Of a stretch of 64,000 nt of DNA, positions 12,111 through 24,073 are shown piece after piece (the stretch's first letter is position 1; each line of letters begins with the position of its first letter). Location: assembly GCF_004010195.1 (NCBI RefSeq), contig NC_057750.1, forward strand, positions 5,793,983-5,857,982, in the 5' to 3' direction. This DNA comes from Chiloscyllium plagiosum (taxonomy: Eukaryota). The notes beneath the pieces were generated by a model. It saw only the letters and a list, made by a program, of their open reading frames with translations, did no database searches and was not told the DNA's origin. The translations under genes were made by a program, and so were the position numbers.

Positions 12111-12890
12111 TTTTATTTTTTTTTCCACACTACCGCCTAACTGCGGTAGTGCTTATTTTTTCCCCAGCATCCATGTTGTGTGTGTGCAGGTGTGAGACAC
12201 AGTGAGAGACACAAGGCGTACGAATCTTTATTCAAATTTCCACCACCAGGAAGAAAGGAAACACCCGAGTGGCCAGTGACAAGCAGTGCCCNNNNNNNNN
12301 NNNNNNNNNNNNNNNNNNNNNNNNNNNNNNNNNNNNNNNNNNNNNNNNNNNNNNNNNNNNNNNNNNNNNNNNNNNNNNNNNNNNNNNNNNNNNNNNNNNN
12401 NNNNNNNNNNNNNNNNNNNNNNNNNNNNNNNNNNNNNNNNNNNNNNNNNNNNNNNNNNNNNNNNNNNNNNNNNNNNNNNNNNNNNNNNNNNNNNNNNNNN
12501 NNNNNNNNNNNNNTGGTCCACGGACTCCACAGCGCCACAGAACAAGCAGTTGGGCTGGGAGTCCATGAACCACTGCAATCTGCGGTTGCATGGGACCGCT
12601 GCGTGCAGTGACCTCCACTCCAGATCCCCGAGAGAAAGGGGGAGGACTATGGCGTAGAGAGCCCTCCACTGGGATCCCCAGAGCCCGGTAGCAAATGGGC
12701 ACGCCAAGGCATGTCTGGACGGTGGATGAGGGAGAAGAGGTGGACGGTGTGCAGCAGCAGTCGATACACAGCACGCCGTTTTACGTCCTGAAAGGGAACA
12801 AAATTAAAATTCCGGAGGCGGCTCAGGTTGTGGGGCACAGGCTCCCGCGGGAAGTACGGGATCTTGGGGCCAATGTGAAATTTCATCCGG
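12111..12890 (-). mobile_element. Tx1/L1-clade LINE 3' end with poly(A) tail (contains a gap)
   Basis: QWRALYAIVLPLSLGDLEWRSLHAAVPCNRRLQWFMDSQPNCLFCGAVESVD resembles the zf-RVT C-terminus; the T-run at 12111-12124 is the poly(A) tail. Confidence 0.8.
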
Positions 12891-13629
12891 CAGATGGCAG
12901 TTTCCTTCCCTATAGAGCATTAGTAAACCAGATGGGTTTTTCCAACAATCGACAATGGTTTCACGGTCATCATCAGGTTCTTAATCCCATAAATTTATTG
13001 ATTTTCAACTTCCACCACCTGATCTGGCAAAATTCAAATCCAGGACCCCAGAACATTACCTGGGTGCCTGGATTAACATCCTCCCCAAAGGATTGTGATT
13101 CTGTGGAATTCACTACCCCAGAGTTCAGTGGATGCTGACATATTGAGTAAATTTGAAGAGACAGACAGATGTTTAAATAGCAATGGGTCAGAGGGCTATG
13201 GAGAGCAGCAGAAAAGTGAAGTTGAGGGTGAGAAGAAGTCAACCATGCCAAAATTCAAGTGGCGAAGCAGGTTTGAGGGGCTGAATGGCCTCCTCCTGCT
13301 CTTAGTTCTCATGGAAAGTGGGGATGGGCAATGAGCTTGGTTGAATTTATGGAAATATTCCACTTCAGTGTCATTTTAAGAAGCTGAAGACAGCAACAAA
13401 AAAAAAGGAATAAATACCATTCCAAACCTTTAACCTTTTGTGTGTCCTTGTAAAAACAATACTCACTCACTTCTCTTGTACAAGAGGTGCTGAGCTGCTC
13501 TGCTTAAGAAGGTGGAAAGATAGGTAGTGGCATTCAACCTGGAGGGAGACAGAATTCATGTGTCAGATGTTAGGAGAGAATAAAAACTTGCATCTCCAGG
13601 ACCTTTCACACAGAGGTCATCTTGTGGCA

Positions 13630-14356
13630 CCTCTCCACCCACCCATCGTTCCCCCTGCAACCTCATACCCCGCACCCTCTCATTCATCTTCACCCCACAC
13701 ACCCACCTACTCCTGGACCCTTTCCCTCTCCTAACTCACTCCTGCACCTCCCACCAAACCTTATCCTACACCACCTTTCCACACATACACCGCTCCTGAA
13801 TCCACCCACCTTCACTTNNNNNNNNNNNNNNNNNNNNNNNNNNNNNNNNNNNNNNNNNNNNNNNNNNNNNNNNNNNNNNNNNNNNNNNNNNNNNNNNNNN
13901 NNNNNNNNNNNNNNNNNNNNNNNNNNNNNNNNNNNNNNNNNNNNNNNNNNNNNNNNNNNNNNNNNNNNNNNNNNNNNNNNNNNNNNNNNNNNNNNNNNNN
14001 NNNNNNNNNNNNNNNNNNNNNNNNNNNNNNNNNNNNNNNNNNNNNNNNNNNNNNNNNNNNNNNNNNNNNNNNNNNNNNNNNNNNNNNNNNNNNNNNNNNN
14101 NNNNNNNNNNNNNNNNNNNNNNNNNNNNNNNNNNNNNNNNNNNNNNNNNNNNNNNNNNNNNNNNNNNNNNNNNNNNNNNNNNNNNNNNNNNNNNNNNNNN
14201 NNNNNNNNNNNNNNNNNNNNNNNNNCCCCCTCCCCCTCAATACCCTCCTCGATTCCCCTCTCTGCCCCGAAACACCCCTCAATTCACCCCTCTCTGCCCC
14301 GATACCCCTGCCTCCAACCTGCCCTGACCCCTCTGTCTCACCCCCCTCCCCCCCGA
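13630..14356 (+). repeat. C-rich low-complexity tract flanking an assembly gap (13818-14225) in the first CLASRP intron region
   Basis: Runs of ccc separated by a/t on both sides of the gap. Other gaps are at 12292-12513, 15283-15524 and 60816-61309. Confidence 0.75.
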
Positions 14357-15265
14357 CACCAAAATTGGAGGTGTAGTGGACAGCGAAGAGGGTTACCTCA
14401 GATTACAAAGGGATCTTGATCAGATGGGTCAACGGGCTAAGAAGTGGCAGATGGAGTTTAATTCAGATAAATGCGAAGTGCTGCACTTTGGGAAAGCAAA
14501 TCCTTGCAGGACTTGTATACTTAATGGTAAGGTCCGAGGGAGTGTTGCTGAACAAAGAGACCTTGGAGTGCAGGTTCATAGCTGCTTGAAAGTCGAGTCA
14601 CAGGTAGATAGGATAGTGAAGGCGGCATTTTGGTATGCTTTCCTTTATTTGTCAGAGTATTGAGTACAGGAGTTGGGAGGTCACGTTGTGGCTGTACGGA
14701 ACATTAGTTCGGCCATTGTTGGAACATTGTATGCAATTCTGGTCTCCTTCCTATCGGAAAGATGTTGTGAAACTTGAAAGGGTTCAGAAAAGATTTATAA
14801 GTATGTTGCCAGAGTTGGAGGATTTGAGCTATAGGGAGAGGTTGAACAGACTGGCGCTGTTTTCCCTGGAGCATCGGAGGCTGTGGGGTAACATTATAGC
14901 GGTTTATAAAACAATGAGGGGAATGGATAGGATAAATAGACAAAAAATTTTCCCTGGGGTGGGGGGAGTCCAGAAGTCAGGGGCATAGGTTTAGGGCGTG
15001 AGGGAAAAGATATAAAATAGACGGAAGAGGTAACTTTTTCACTCAGAGGGTGGTGAATGTATGGAATGAGCTGCCAGAGGAAGTGGTGGAGGCTGGTACA
15101 ATTGCAACACTTAAAAAGCATCTGGATGGGTACATGAATAGGAAGGGTTTGGAGGGATATGGGCCAAGTGCTGGCAGGTGGGACTAGATTAGTTTAGAAT
15201 ATCTGGTTAGCATGGACGAGATGGACCGCAGGGTCTGTTTCCATGCTGTACATCTTTATGACTCA
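14357..15265 (+). mobile_element. CR1-type LINE 3' fragment
   Basis: LQRDLDQMGQRAKKWQMEFNSDKCEVLHFG...RDLGVQVH and LYGTLVRPLLEHCMQFWSPSYRKDVVKLERVQKRF (CR1 ORF2 C-terminus, frameshifted), plus the typical 3' tail. Confidence 0.92.
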
Positions 15266-15524
15266 AATCCCCCACCCCCGACNNNNNNNNNNNNNNNNNN
15301 NNNNNNNNNNNNNNNNNNNNNNNNNNNNNNNNNNNNNNNNNNNNNNNNNNNNNNNNNNNNNNNNNNNNNNNNNNNNNNNNNNNNNNNNNNNNNNNNNNNN
15401 NNNNNNNNNNNNNNNNNNNNNNNNNNNNNNNNNNNNNNNNNNNNNNNNNNNNNNNNNNNNNNNNNNNNNNNNNNNNNNNNNNNNNNNNNNNNNNNNNNNN
15501 NNNNNNNNNNNNNNNNNNNNNNNN

Positions 15525-15890
15525 CCCCTCCCCCATCGCATTCTTTCCCCGCCCCCCTCCTCCTTGCCCGACACCACCGATCCATTCCCAATTCCCCGTC
15601 AGCCTCCGGCCTCACTTTCCGTGCTGCTCTCACCCCTTGTCGGTGAGGTGCCTCTCCTTCCAGTCCCCCCGCCCCAGCAGCGTTTACCTGGAGTGAAGCG
15701 CTACCAACACTCCGCCATCTTTTCTCTTCTCCTCTCCTCCCCCTTGAGTCCGGCCGCGCACACAACTTCCGCCCCTCGGTATCCGCTGCGACCCCGCGCT
15801 TTCCCGGCCACTTCCGCCCCGCACCAGGTACCACAAAGAAAATCCTCCTCCACCAACTCAGCTGCATTTTCGGTTCCGCAGAGTGTCCGT
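15525..15890 (-). promoter_or_regulatory. CpG-island housekeeping-type promoter of CLASRP
   Basis: CpG/GC-rich; two composite ETS(GABP)/GC-box motifs ACTTCCGCCCC at 15765-15775 and 15810-15820; YY1-type AAGATGGCGG on minus at 15712-15721. Confidence 0.75.
15688..15830 (-). other. CLASRP: Probable non-coding first exon of CLASRP
   Basis: Lies within the CpG-rich island, with donor CAG|gtaaac at 15688/15687. The transcription start is not determinable from sequence. Confidence 0.65.
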
Positions 15891-16065
15891 GACATGTATT
15901 TGGAGTCCTTTTCAATCACTTGTTTTCTATTTTTGGTTTCAGATGCATCAGCATCACAGCCACATAAACTTTTATTAATGCATGGGAAGGGATATAGAGT
16001 AAACTATAAATTCTGATATTGATATCCCAGAAAATAAGTTAGGCTAAACTTCTCTTACCTTTATT

Positions 16066-16505
16066 CATTCATGGGTGTGGGCATTGTTGGCCTGGGTCAT
16101 TATTTATCATCCATCCTAATTACCCCTTGAGAATGTGGTGGCAAGCCACCTTCTTGAACCGCTGCAGTCTGTGTTGTGTAGGTAGACCCCCAATAAACTC
16201 GAGGGAGTTCCAGGATTTTGACTTAGTGTCACAGAAGGAATGGCGACATATTTCCAAATCAGGATGCTGTGTAGTTTGGCAGGGAACTTGCAAGGAATGT
16301 TGTTCCCCTTTCCCTGCTGCTCTTGTGCTTGGATTTGGATGGCACTGACGTGCATCTTGTAGATGATATACATTGCTGCTACTGTGCTTCAGTGATGGAG
16401 GGAGTGAATGTTGACGATGGAGGAGGGCATGTTGAACTGGGGCTGCTTTGGCCTGAATAGTGTTGAGTTTCTCGAGTTTTGCTGGCAGCTATCTAGACAA
16501 GTTGA
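16066..16505 (-). mobile_element. LINE (CR1/L2-group) 3' fragment; related copies at ~5340-5630, 37745-38270, 50380-50700, 55245-55490, 56875-57310
   Basis: Shared tail ttcattcatggg..tgggc...ccttcttgaaccgctgcagtc; ORF remnant IQDKAASLI...NIHSLHH in 37953..38147. Confidence 0.7.
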
Positions 16506-16863
16506 TGCTGCTGGCTAAATCAGGCCTGCTGAGATGGTCTTCCTGATGGTAAAAACATTGAAGTGGAAATAACGTAAGGATGGGAATTTGTGCACCTAAA
16601 ATGATGTGCTTGATGTAGTTAGTGCTTTTAATATTTGTTAGCCGTCATAACATATAACACAAATAATCAGATCCTCTAGTCACAGATCTGACTTTTTTTT
16701 ATTCATTCACAGGATGAAGGCATCACTGATTAGGCCAGCATTTATTGCCAATCCATAATTGCCCAGAGGACAGTTAAGAGTCAACCACATTGCTTACAAC
16801 TGTAACTACCTATAAAGTTATGATATACTTATGTATGAAGCCTAGGTTCTATGCCATGTTAAT

Positions 16864-18770
16864 TCATAGAAAACATAGAACATTACAGCGCAGTACAGGC
16901 TCTTTGGCCCTCGATGTTGCGCTGACCTGTGAAAATAATCTGCCCATTTAACCTACACCATTCTATTATTATCCATATGTATGTCCAATGCCCGTTTAAA
17001 TGCCCTTAACACCAGCGAGTCTACTGCTGTTGCAGGCATGTCTTTCCATTCTCTGAGTAAAGAAAGTACCCCTATTATCTGTCCTAAATCTAAAGCCATG
17101 TCCCCTTGTGTTAGCCTTCACCATCCGAGGAAAAAGGCTTTCACTATCCACCTTAGTAAACCCTCTGAATTATCTTATACTTCTCGATTAAGTCACGTCT
17201 CAACCTTCTTCTCTCCAACGAAAACAGCCTTAGTTCCCTCAGCCTTTCCTTGTAAGACCTTCCTTCCATACCAGGCAACATCCCAGTAAATCTCCTCTGA
17301 ACCCTTTCCAAAGCTTCCACATCCTTTATGTAATGCAGTGACCAGAACTGCACACAATACTTCAGGTGCAGCCTTGCCAGTGTCTTGTACAGTTGAAGCA
17401 TAACCTCATGGCTCCAAAACTCAATCCACTACCAATAAATGCCAACACACCATATGCCTTCTTAAAAACCCTATCAACCTGGTTGGCAACTTTCAGGGAT
17501 TTATGCACCAGGACACCGAGATCTCTCTGTTCATCTACACTGCCGAGAATTTTACCATTAGCCCAGTACTCTGTGTTCCTGTTACTTCTTCTGAAGTGAA
17601 CTACCTCACACTTTTCATTAAACTCTTCTCAGCCTAGCTCTGCATCTTCTCTATGTCCCTCTGTAACCCACAACATCCTTTGGCACTATCCACAACTCTG
17701 CCTATCTTAATGTCATCCAGAAATTTACTAATCTATCCTTCCACGCCCACATCCAGATCATTTATAAAAATGACAAAACAGATCCTTGCGGCATACCAAT
17801 GGTAACTGAGCTCCAGGGTGAACATTTCCCATCAACCACCACCTTCTGTCTTCTTTTAGATGGCCAATTTCTGATCCAAACCTTCAATCCTGAAACTCCG
17901 TATTTTGTGCAATAGCCTACCATGTGAAACCTTAAATCTTCTCAAAACTCGCTATGTGGAACCTTATCAAACGCCTTACTGAAATCCATATACACCACAT
18001 CAACTGCTTTACCTTCATCCATCATTCTCAAAAAACTCAATAAGATTATTGAGGCATGACCTACCCTTCACAAAACCATGTTGATTATCCCTACACAAAT
18101 TATTCCGTTCCAGATGATTATAAATCCTATCTTTTATAACCTTTTCCAACTCCTTACCCACCACTGAAGGAAGGCTCAGTGGCCTATAATTATCTGAGTT
18201 GTCCCGACTCCCCTCCTTAAACACGGGAACAACATTTGGTATCCTGCAGTCTTCTGGCACTACTGTCGACAATGAAGACATAAAGATTGAAGCCAAAGGC
18301 TCTGCAATCTCTTCCCTGGCTTCCCAGAGAATCCGAGGATAAATCTCTTCCAGCCCTGGGGTCGTATCTATTTTCAGATCTTCCAAAATTGCTAAAACCT
18401 CCTCTTTGTCAATCTCAATCCCATCTAATCTTGCGGCCTATATCTCCATATTCTCACTAACATTGCCCTTTTCCATTTGAGCATTCCCACGTCCTCAGAT
18501 TTCACACACAACTTTCCACTACTATCTTTGATTGGTCCTAATCTTACTCTAGTCATTCTTTTATTACCGATATATCTATGTAATGCCTTAGGGTTTTCCT
18601 TGATCCTATCTGCCAATAACTTCTCATGTCCCCTCCTGGCTCTTCTTAGCTCTCTCTTTAGTTCTTTCCTGGCTAACTTATAACTCTCAAGCACCCCAAC
18701 TGAGCCTTCACGCATCATCGTCACATAATCCTTCTTTTACCTCTTGACAAGAGCTTCAACTTCTTTAGTA
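16864..18770 (-). mobile_element. CR1-type LINE, degenerate ORF2 (RT) and 3' tail
   Basis: PGLEEIYPRILWEAREEIAEPL...NYRPLSLPSVVGK...NQHGFVKGRSCLNNLIEFFE; LYKTLARLHLKYCVQFWS; (tctatgtt)-type tail at the low end. Confidence 0.92.
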
Positions 18771-18967
18771 AATTCATGATAGACTCCCTACAGTGTTGAA
18801 GGAGGCTACTCAGTCCATCAAGTCCTCACTGACCCTCTGAAGAGCATCCCCCCCCCGCCACTCTATAGTCCTACATTTCCCATGGCTAACCCACCTAGCC
18901 TGCACATCTCTGGACTCAATGGGTAAGTTAGCATGGCAAATCCACCTAACCTGCAGATGTTTGGACT

Positions 18968-19350
18968 CCACCTGACGCCTGAAGGAAGAACTCCTAGTCT
19001 TACGCCTCGGGACCCTCCAACCCCACGGCATCAATGTGAATTTCACCAGTTTCCTCATTTCCCCTACCCCATATTATCCTAGTCCCAAACTTCCAGCTTG
19101 GCACCGCCCTCATGACCTGCTCCTCAGAAGCTGCCTGACCTGATGTGCTTTTCCAGCGCCACACTCTTGACATTAATCTCCTGCCTCTGCAGTCCTCACT
19201 TTCACCTCTTTTATATATCAGCATGTTCTAAAGGTACAGTACAAGTATGCATCAGGAATATTCCTTATGAAGGGGTCCGGCCCAAAGCGTCAATTCTCCT
19301 GCTCCTCAGATGCTGCCTCGCCTGCTGTGCTTTTCCAGCAAAACTCTCGA
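18968..19350 (+). mobile_element. Degenerate Penelope-like fragments
   Basis: gggaccctccaaccccacggcatcaatgtgaatttcaccagtttcctc and two pLTR-like tails homologous to 19786-20272. Confidence 0.7.
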
Positions 19351-19785
19351 CCCTGCATGTACTTGGCGGAGTGGGAGGGGGTGTTGAATACATAAAAGAT
19401 CCTAGCATCTTCTGTCCACTTTAATTTCACAATTACCTTTTAAAATGAGAAAGACCCTAGACCTTGGCAGCAGCTGCTCCAAGCCTTCCTTTCATTTTCA
19501 AGATGGTGGCAGCAGTATAGGCAGTGTCTAGGCTCAGCTTGGGCTGGTACTTTCTGTCCGCTTCTCTTTTCTTCCTTAATTTTTCAGAGTTTTATTTTGG
19601 CTTGTCACAAAGAGTGGCAGCTCTGCGGCAGCTGAGGGCCCAGTGCAGAGCGGGACAGCCAGCAGTTGACGGGCCAGGGCAGAGCGGGATGGCCAATGGT
19701 TCATAGGCTGGAGTGAAGCTGCTGGCAGTTTGGGGCCTGGTTGCGGGGAGTTGGGGGGAACTGGGTGGGTGGTGGCTGGCAGACT

Positions 19786-20272
19786 GGGGCCAGGACATGC
19801 AGGTCCTGGGCCTCCTCCACCGCCACTCCCTCACCATCCGCTGCCTGGAGGAAGAACGCCTCATCTTCCACCTCAGAACACTTCAACCCCAGGGCATCAA
19901 TGTGGACTTCACCAGTTTCCTCATTTCCCCTCCCTCCACCTTACCCCAATTCCAACCTTCCAGCTCAGCACCATCCTCATGACCTGTCCTACCTGCCAAT
20001 CTTCCTTCCCACCTATCCGCTGCACCCTCCTCTCTGACTTATCACCTTCATCCCCACCCCCATCTACCCATTGTACTCTTGGCTACCTTCTCCCCAGCCC
20101 CTCCCATTTATCGCTCCACCCTGGAGGCTCCCTGCCTTCATTCTTGACGACGGGCTTTTGCCCGAAACGTCGATTTTCCTGCTCCATAGATGCTGCCTGA
20201 CCTGCTGTGCTTTTCCAGCACCACTCTGATCTAGACTCTGATTTCCAGCATCTGCAGTCCTCACTTTTGCCT
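19786..20272 (+). mobile_element. Penelope-like element 3' fragment
   Basis: DMQVLGLLHRHSLTIRCLEEERLIFHLRTLQPQGINVDF is the GIY-YIG C-terminus; it is followed by a pLTR with a mutated core TTGACGA...GAAACGTC at 20144-20171. Confidence 0.82.
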
Positions 20273-20582
20273 ACAGGTCTCAAGCCTGGCAGTGCAGAGA
20301 AAGTAGGCTCTATGTCGAAAGCCCATTGTACAGACAGACTGCAGGCTACAGAAGGACTAACATTTATCTTTATTTCTTTATCGTCCTAATTTATATACCA
20401 TGAAGAGCTGTAATGAGGAACTTTTAGGTTTCCTCTATATTTCTCTATTTTTGTACTTAATCTACTTCAGTAGCTAGGTAGTTTGTACCCAAGATGGCAC
20501 CTTGTGTGGTGAAATTGTACACAGTTCACCGTACTCCTGTACTTTGTATGAGCGTGCACGTGACAATAAATCTAATTCCAAT

Positions 20583-20772
20583 GCTTTAGTGCATCCCTCA
20601 GTGTGTAGTCTTGAACCTTGGAATGTGCGTCTGCAGCACTTGGTTGAGGTCAACTCTTCGCATTAGAAGACCAAATTTTGGGCAGACCAAAGAGCGTCAT
20701 TCACTGAGTTGATGGTCCTCCAGTTGATCCTTGGTGCGCACGCCAGGGAACAGCCCGTACAGTACTGAGTCT
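20583..20772 (-). mobile_element. Degenerate Tx1-like ORF2 C-terminal fragment
   Basis: DSVLYGLFPG...WRTINSVNDALWSAQNLVF*CEELTSTKCCR, frameshifted. Confidence 0.6.
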
Positions 20773-21330
20773 TGCTCCTAAATTCTCAATGCCTGCCTCT
20801 ATTTGGCTGGTTAGGTCTCCTCTAACATCTGAAGTCTCTCTCCTCTCTTTTCAAGCAAAAAATTTGCATGAAGGTTTACAAGATTCTTACACAATGAGAA
20901 CATTTAATCAGAAACTTTTAATTTTGAATTCAATTAATTTTACTTTTCAACAATCGGTTGGTGTCAGAAAAGAAACAGGTTATATAAACACTGTGTTCAA
21001 AGGAACATCCTCAGCCAATCTGAACAACGCACGTATTACAAGAGCATATCCCGTGAGTCTCAATTAGCAATACATTGGAGAATCATACACTCTGGTTAAA
21101 AGTGTGGGATTAAAAAATAAATCAGATATCCCGTGGTGGTTTCAGTCACAGAACTGTTCGACCTTTCTTTTGCGATAACCCCGGTAGGGAAATCAGAGAT
21201 CCAGGGAGCAGTCTGCAGAACTGTTTTTCCTAGACTTGGACTAGCCTATGTATGCCATGAGTAATGACTCTATTTTGACGTTCAATAATAAATTATGCTC
21301 TTTTCCAGTCAGGCTTCCTGAGGTATTACA

Positions 21331-22680
21331 TTGGCAACGAAAATAAAGTTTCAGACAGCCTTGCCTTTCAATGAACCTGGTAAGACCATGACAGCAGAAT
21401 ATTGGAAATCCAGTTGTTTGGGAAACTGGACCATTATGGTCAGGGTGTGGAGGATTAGCCCCAGTACATCAAAAGAATTAAATACCTTTTTCAGACAAAA
21501 ACAAACGTCATTCTCCTGACCACTTGTGGAGGCCTGACTTTCAGTGTCAAAGTGTTTAGCCCACTCGGCAACCCTGCAGGCAAAATCCTTTGATGAACTA
21601 AAACAGAAAATACTGGAGAAACTCAGGTCAGACAGCATCTGTGGGAAGAAAAGAGAGTTGACGTTTTGGGTCGGGTGAATGTAATCAGAACTCTCAGCAG
21701 GTGAAGCATTACAGGAGTTGAAAAGTCAACTCTGCTTATTCCCCACAGATGCTGCCAGACCTGTTGAGTTTCTCCAACAAAATACCATTTTTGTTTCAGT
21801 CCTTCAGCGTTGGCAGTTCTTTGCTTCCTTTGACGAGGTGATTGATATGGTTGTGGAATGCTACAACACCAAATCATCTGTTAAATTGCAAGGGTGCAGG
21901 TTTAACATGGTAAATAGACTGCCCCGGGAACCGTTTACTGAATTCTCAAAAAGACTGCCGAAAATGTTGGAACAGTGAGACGACAGATAAGCTCTTTGGG
22001 AAATGTTATGGTTTGTGGAATGAACAACATTGCTACCCAAAGGAAGCTACTGACCAAACCAGGTCAGGACTCCAAGAAAGGCATAGACTGGCCCTTTCCC
22101 ATGAAAACGTGGGCTCAGGATATTCAGGGGTCCATAGACTGTACCATTGTCAGCCTTGGACTACTGCCAGACCATTGAGTCAAGTCCCTAGTGGATAGTA
22201 CTCATGGCTCCCATTGGTTGCCAAGGAAGAGTGATTGGAGTCAGAGGCCCACAAGGTTCCAGAAGTGGGCGGGATGTTTCACAGAATACAATGAGCAGTA
22301 AAAGCTATACTTCACTTGCAATCATAGGGTACCATAGCACGCATTACACATACCGCTCCGGGCTGAAGCATGTTGTCACCTCTAGACAGGGCCTTGCAAA
22401 TTGAATTAGCTGGTGGAAGAGGAATTGATACTGCTAAATTATATTGCTGCTCCCAAACCGGCCCCAAGAAAGATAAAATTCCAGTAAATGGCCATCCCTA
22501 GCCATGGAGGTAGGCACAGGTACCACTGTACCTATTTTTGGGGAGCAAATCATTAGGAAACTGGTGGGGCATCTTGCCTTAAGTTTGCGAAACACATGGC
22601 TACATTGGCCACATGGTTGTCCATTTGGATATATTTAAGAGGCATCGATGAAATGCTTTTGCTGCAAAACCATCACGTTT
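21331..22680 (+). mobile_element. Highly degenerate Gypsy-type LTR retrotransposon gag-protease relic
   Basis: FGKLDHYGQGVED*PQYIKRIKYLFQ...KSFDE/SFDEVIDMVVECYNTK...VCGMNNIATQRKLL (gag); KIPVNGHP..MEVGTG (decayed protease motif) at ~22470-22530; PBS-like ttggcaacga directly after ...ttaca at 21331. Confidence 0.68.
21597..21825. mobile_element. Fold-back Penelope-like pLTR insertion inside a Gypsy relic
   Basis: Inverted pLTR halves; near-TSD tcctttgatga (21586-21596) / tcctttgacga (21826-21836). Confidence 0.72.
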
Positions 22681-22987
22681 ACAATCTTGATAGCAAGCTA
22701 CCACAGCTGCAGAAATCTCAAACAAAGGCACAAAATGCTGGAAATACTCACGTCAGGTATTATCTGTGGAAGGGGGACTGGCACAAACTCGACAAAACAA
22801 CTGATAAGTCTGGTGCTGTACAACAGGTTGTCCAGGTATTTTTGTTTTAATGGAGTAAAATTTGAAAGAAAAACACGTATGGCACATTCTGAAAATATCT
22901 TTGGACTACTTGCAGTTTTTAGGCAGCCACTTTTGAGATTGTATACCCATATTTCTCTATTCATAGATACTATCAGTCCTGCATTTA

Positions 22988-23220
22988 GTCATATAGCACT
23001 GGCCCAAATAGTCCGTGCTGAACATAATCCCAAACTAAACTAGATCCATCTCCCTCCAAATACTTATCCAAATGTCTTTTAAACATTGTAACTGTACCCG
23101 CATCCACCACTTCCTCTGGAAGTTCATTCCACTGATGAACTATCCTGTGTGTAAAAACATTTGCCTCCAAGTCTTAAAAACGTGCCCCCCTCGTCTTGAT
23201 TCCCCCATCCTAGGGATAGG
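22988..23220 (-). mobile_element. CR1 LINE 3' fragment
   Basis: FTHRIVHQWNELPEEVVDAGTVTMFKRHLDKYL, the CR1 ORF2 extreme C-terminus. Confidence 0.78.
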
Positions 23221-24073
23221 ACAACTATCAGAAACTCTATTTCTCAATATTTTCTGCCTTTGCATTAAAACTGCACACGGTCTTTTTATTTATTCACAGA
23301 TGTGGGCAGCGCTGGTTAGGGCAGAGTTTATTTGCCATCCCCATTTGTCAAGGAGGCAGTTACAATTTAACTGCATTGCCACAGGGTGGAGTCTCACACA
23401 GGCCGGACAGAGTGAGGACATCAGAGTTTTCTCCCCAAAGGACAAGAGTTTTCACAACAGTCGACAGTGATGACATCACTGCCATTAGACTAGCTTCTCG
23501 TTCCAGATTTTTATGAAATTAAAATTTTAACCATTGCCACGGTGGAATTGGAATCCACATCCTATCAGTTTGAACCCATGTCAACCATCAAAATTGGATG
23601 AATTATTGCAGAGGCCTAAGTCAGACAATGCTGGATATTCCCCATTCACCATCCTTGACAAAATTAAAAAATCGCACAACACTAGGTTATAGTCCAACAG
23701 GTTTGACCATCCTCGACGTTATAGCTAGCCAACAGGGAAAGGCAAGTATTAAGTCAAAACAGAGCAGTTAAATCTTAGCTAGCTGAGGTGATTATGAAGC
23801 TAAGGCTGAAAAATAGAGCTAGGATGTAAATCAGAATAACGTGACCAAATGATGGAATAGGCATACCAGGCTGAATGGAATCCTCCTGTCACAGGCAGAC
23901 AGGAGTATTCCATTTGACTGGGTTCCATTCTGGAGTCTGTTTGCAAGTTGATTTGTTGTCAAGTTGGAACATAATGCAGGACAACAGAAAGAAGCCATTT
24001 GTAAGTTAGGAAAATGTTCATATGAAGGGTGTTTAGCGAAGTGTAACAATCTGCAGAACGTGCTCTTGTTGAA

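Larger units (their letters stand above)
1162..15830 (-). other. CLASRP: CLASRP gene span, 5' part; continues beyond the left edge of the window
   Basis: Six spliced coding exons translate to MWHEARKHERKLRGMMVDYKKRAERRREYYEKI-KKDPAQFLQVHGRACKIHLDSAVALAAESPLNM-MPWQGDTNNMIDRFDVRAHLD..., matching the CLK4-associating SR-rich protein N-terminus as I recall it. The 5' end is approximate. Confidence 0.95.

Noticed and set aside
12137..15646. Long ORFs in the ORF track full of X residues (also 60655-61629)
   Set aside because: They are open only because they run through N gaps; their flanks are TE or low-complexity sequence.
22596..23043. 131-aa and 84-aa plus-strand ORFs
   Set aside because: A mosaic of Gypsy, pLTR and CR1 fragments with no coherent protein.
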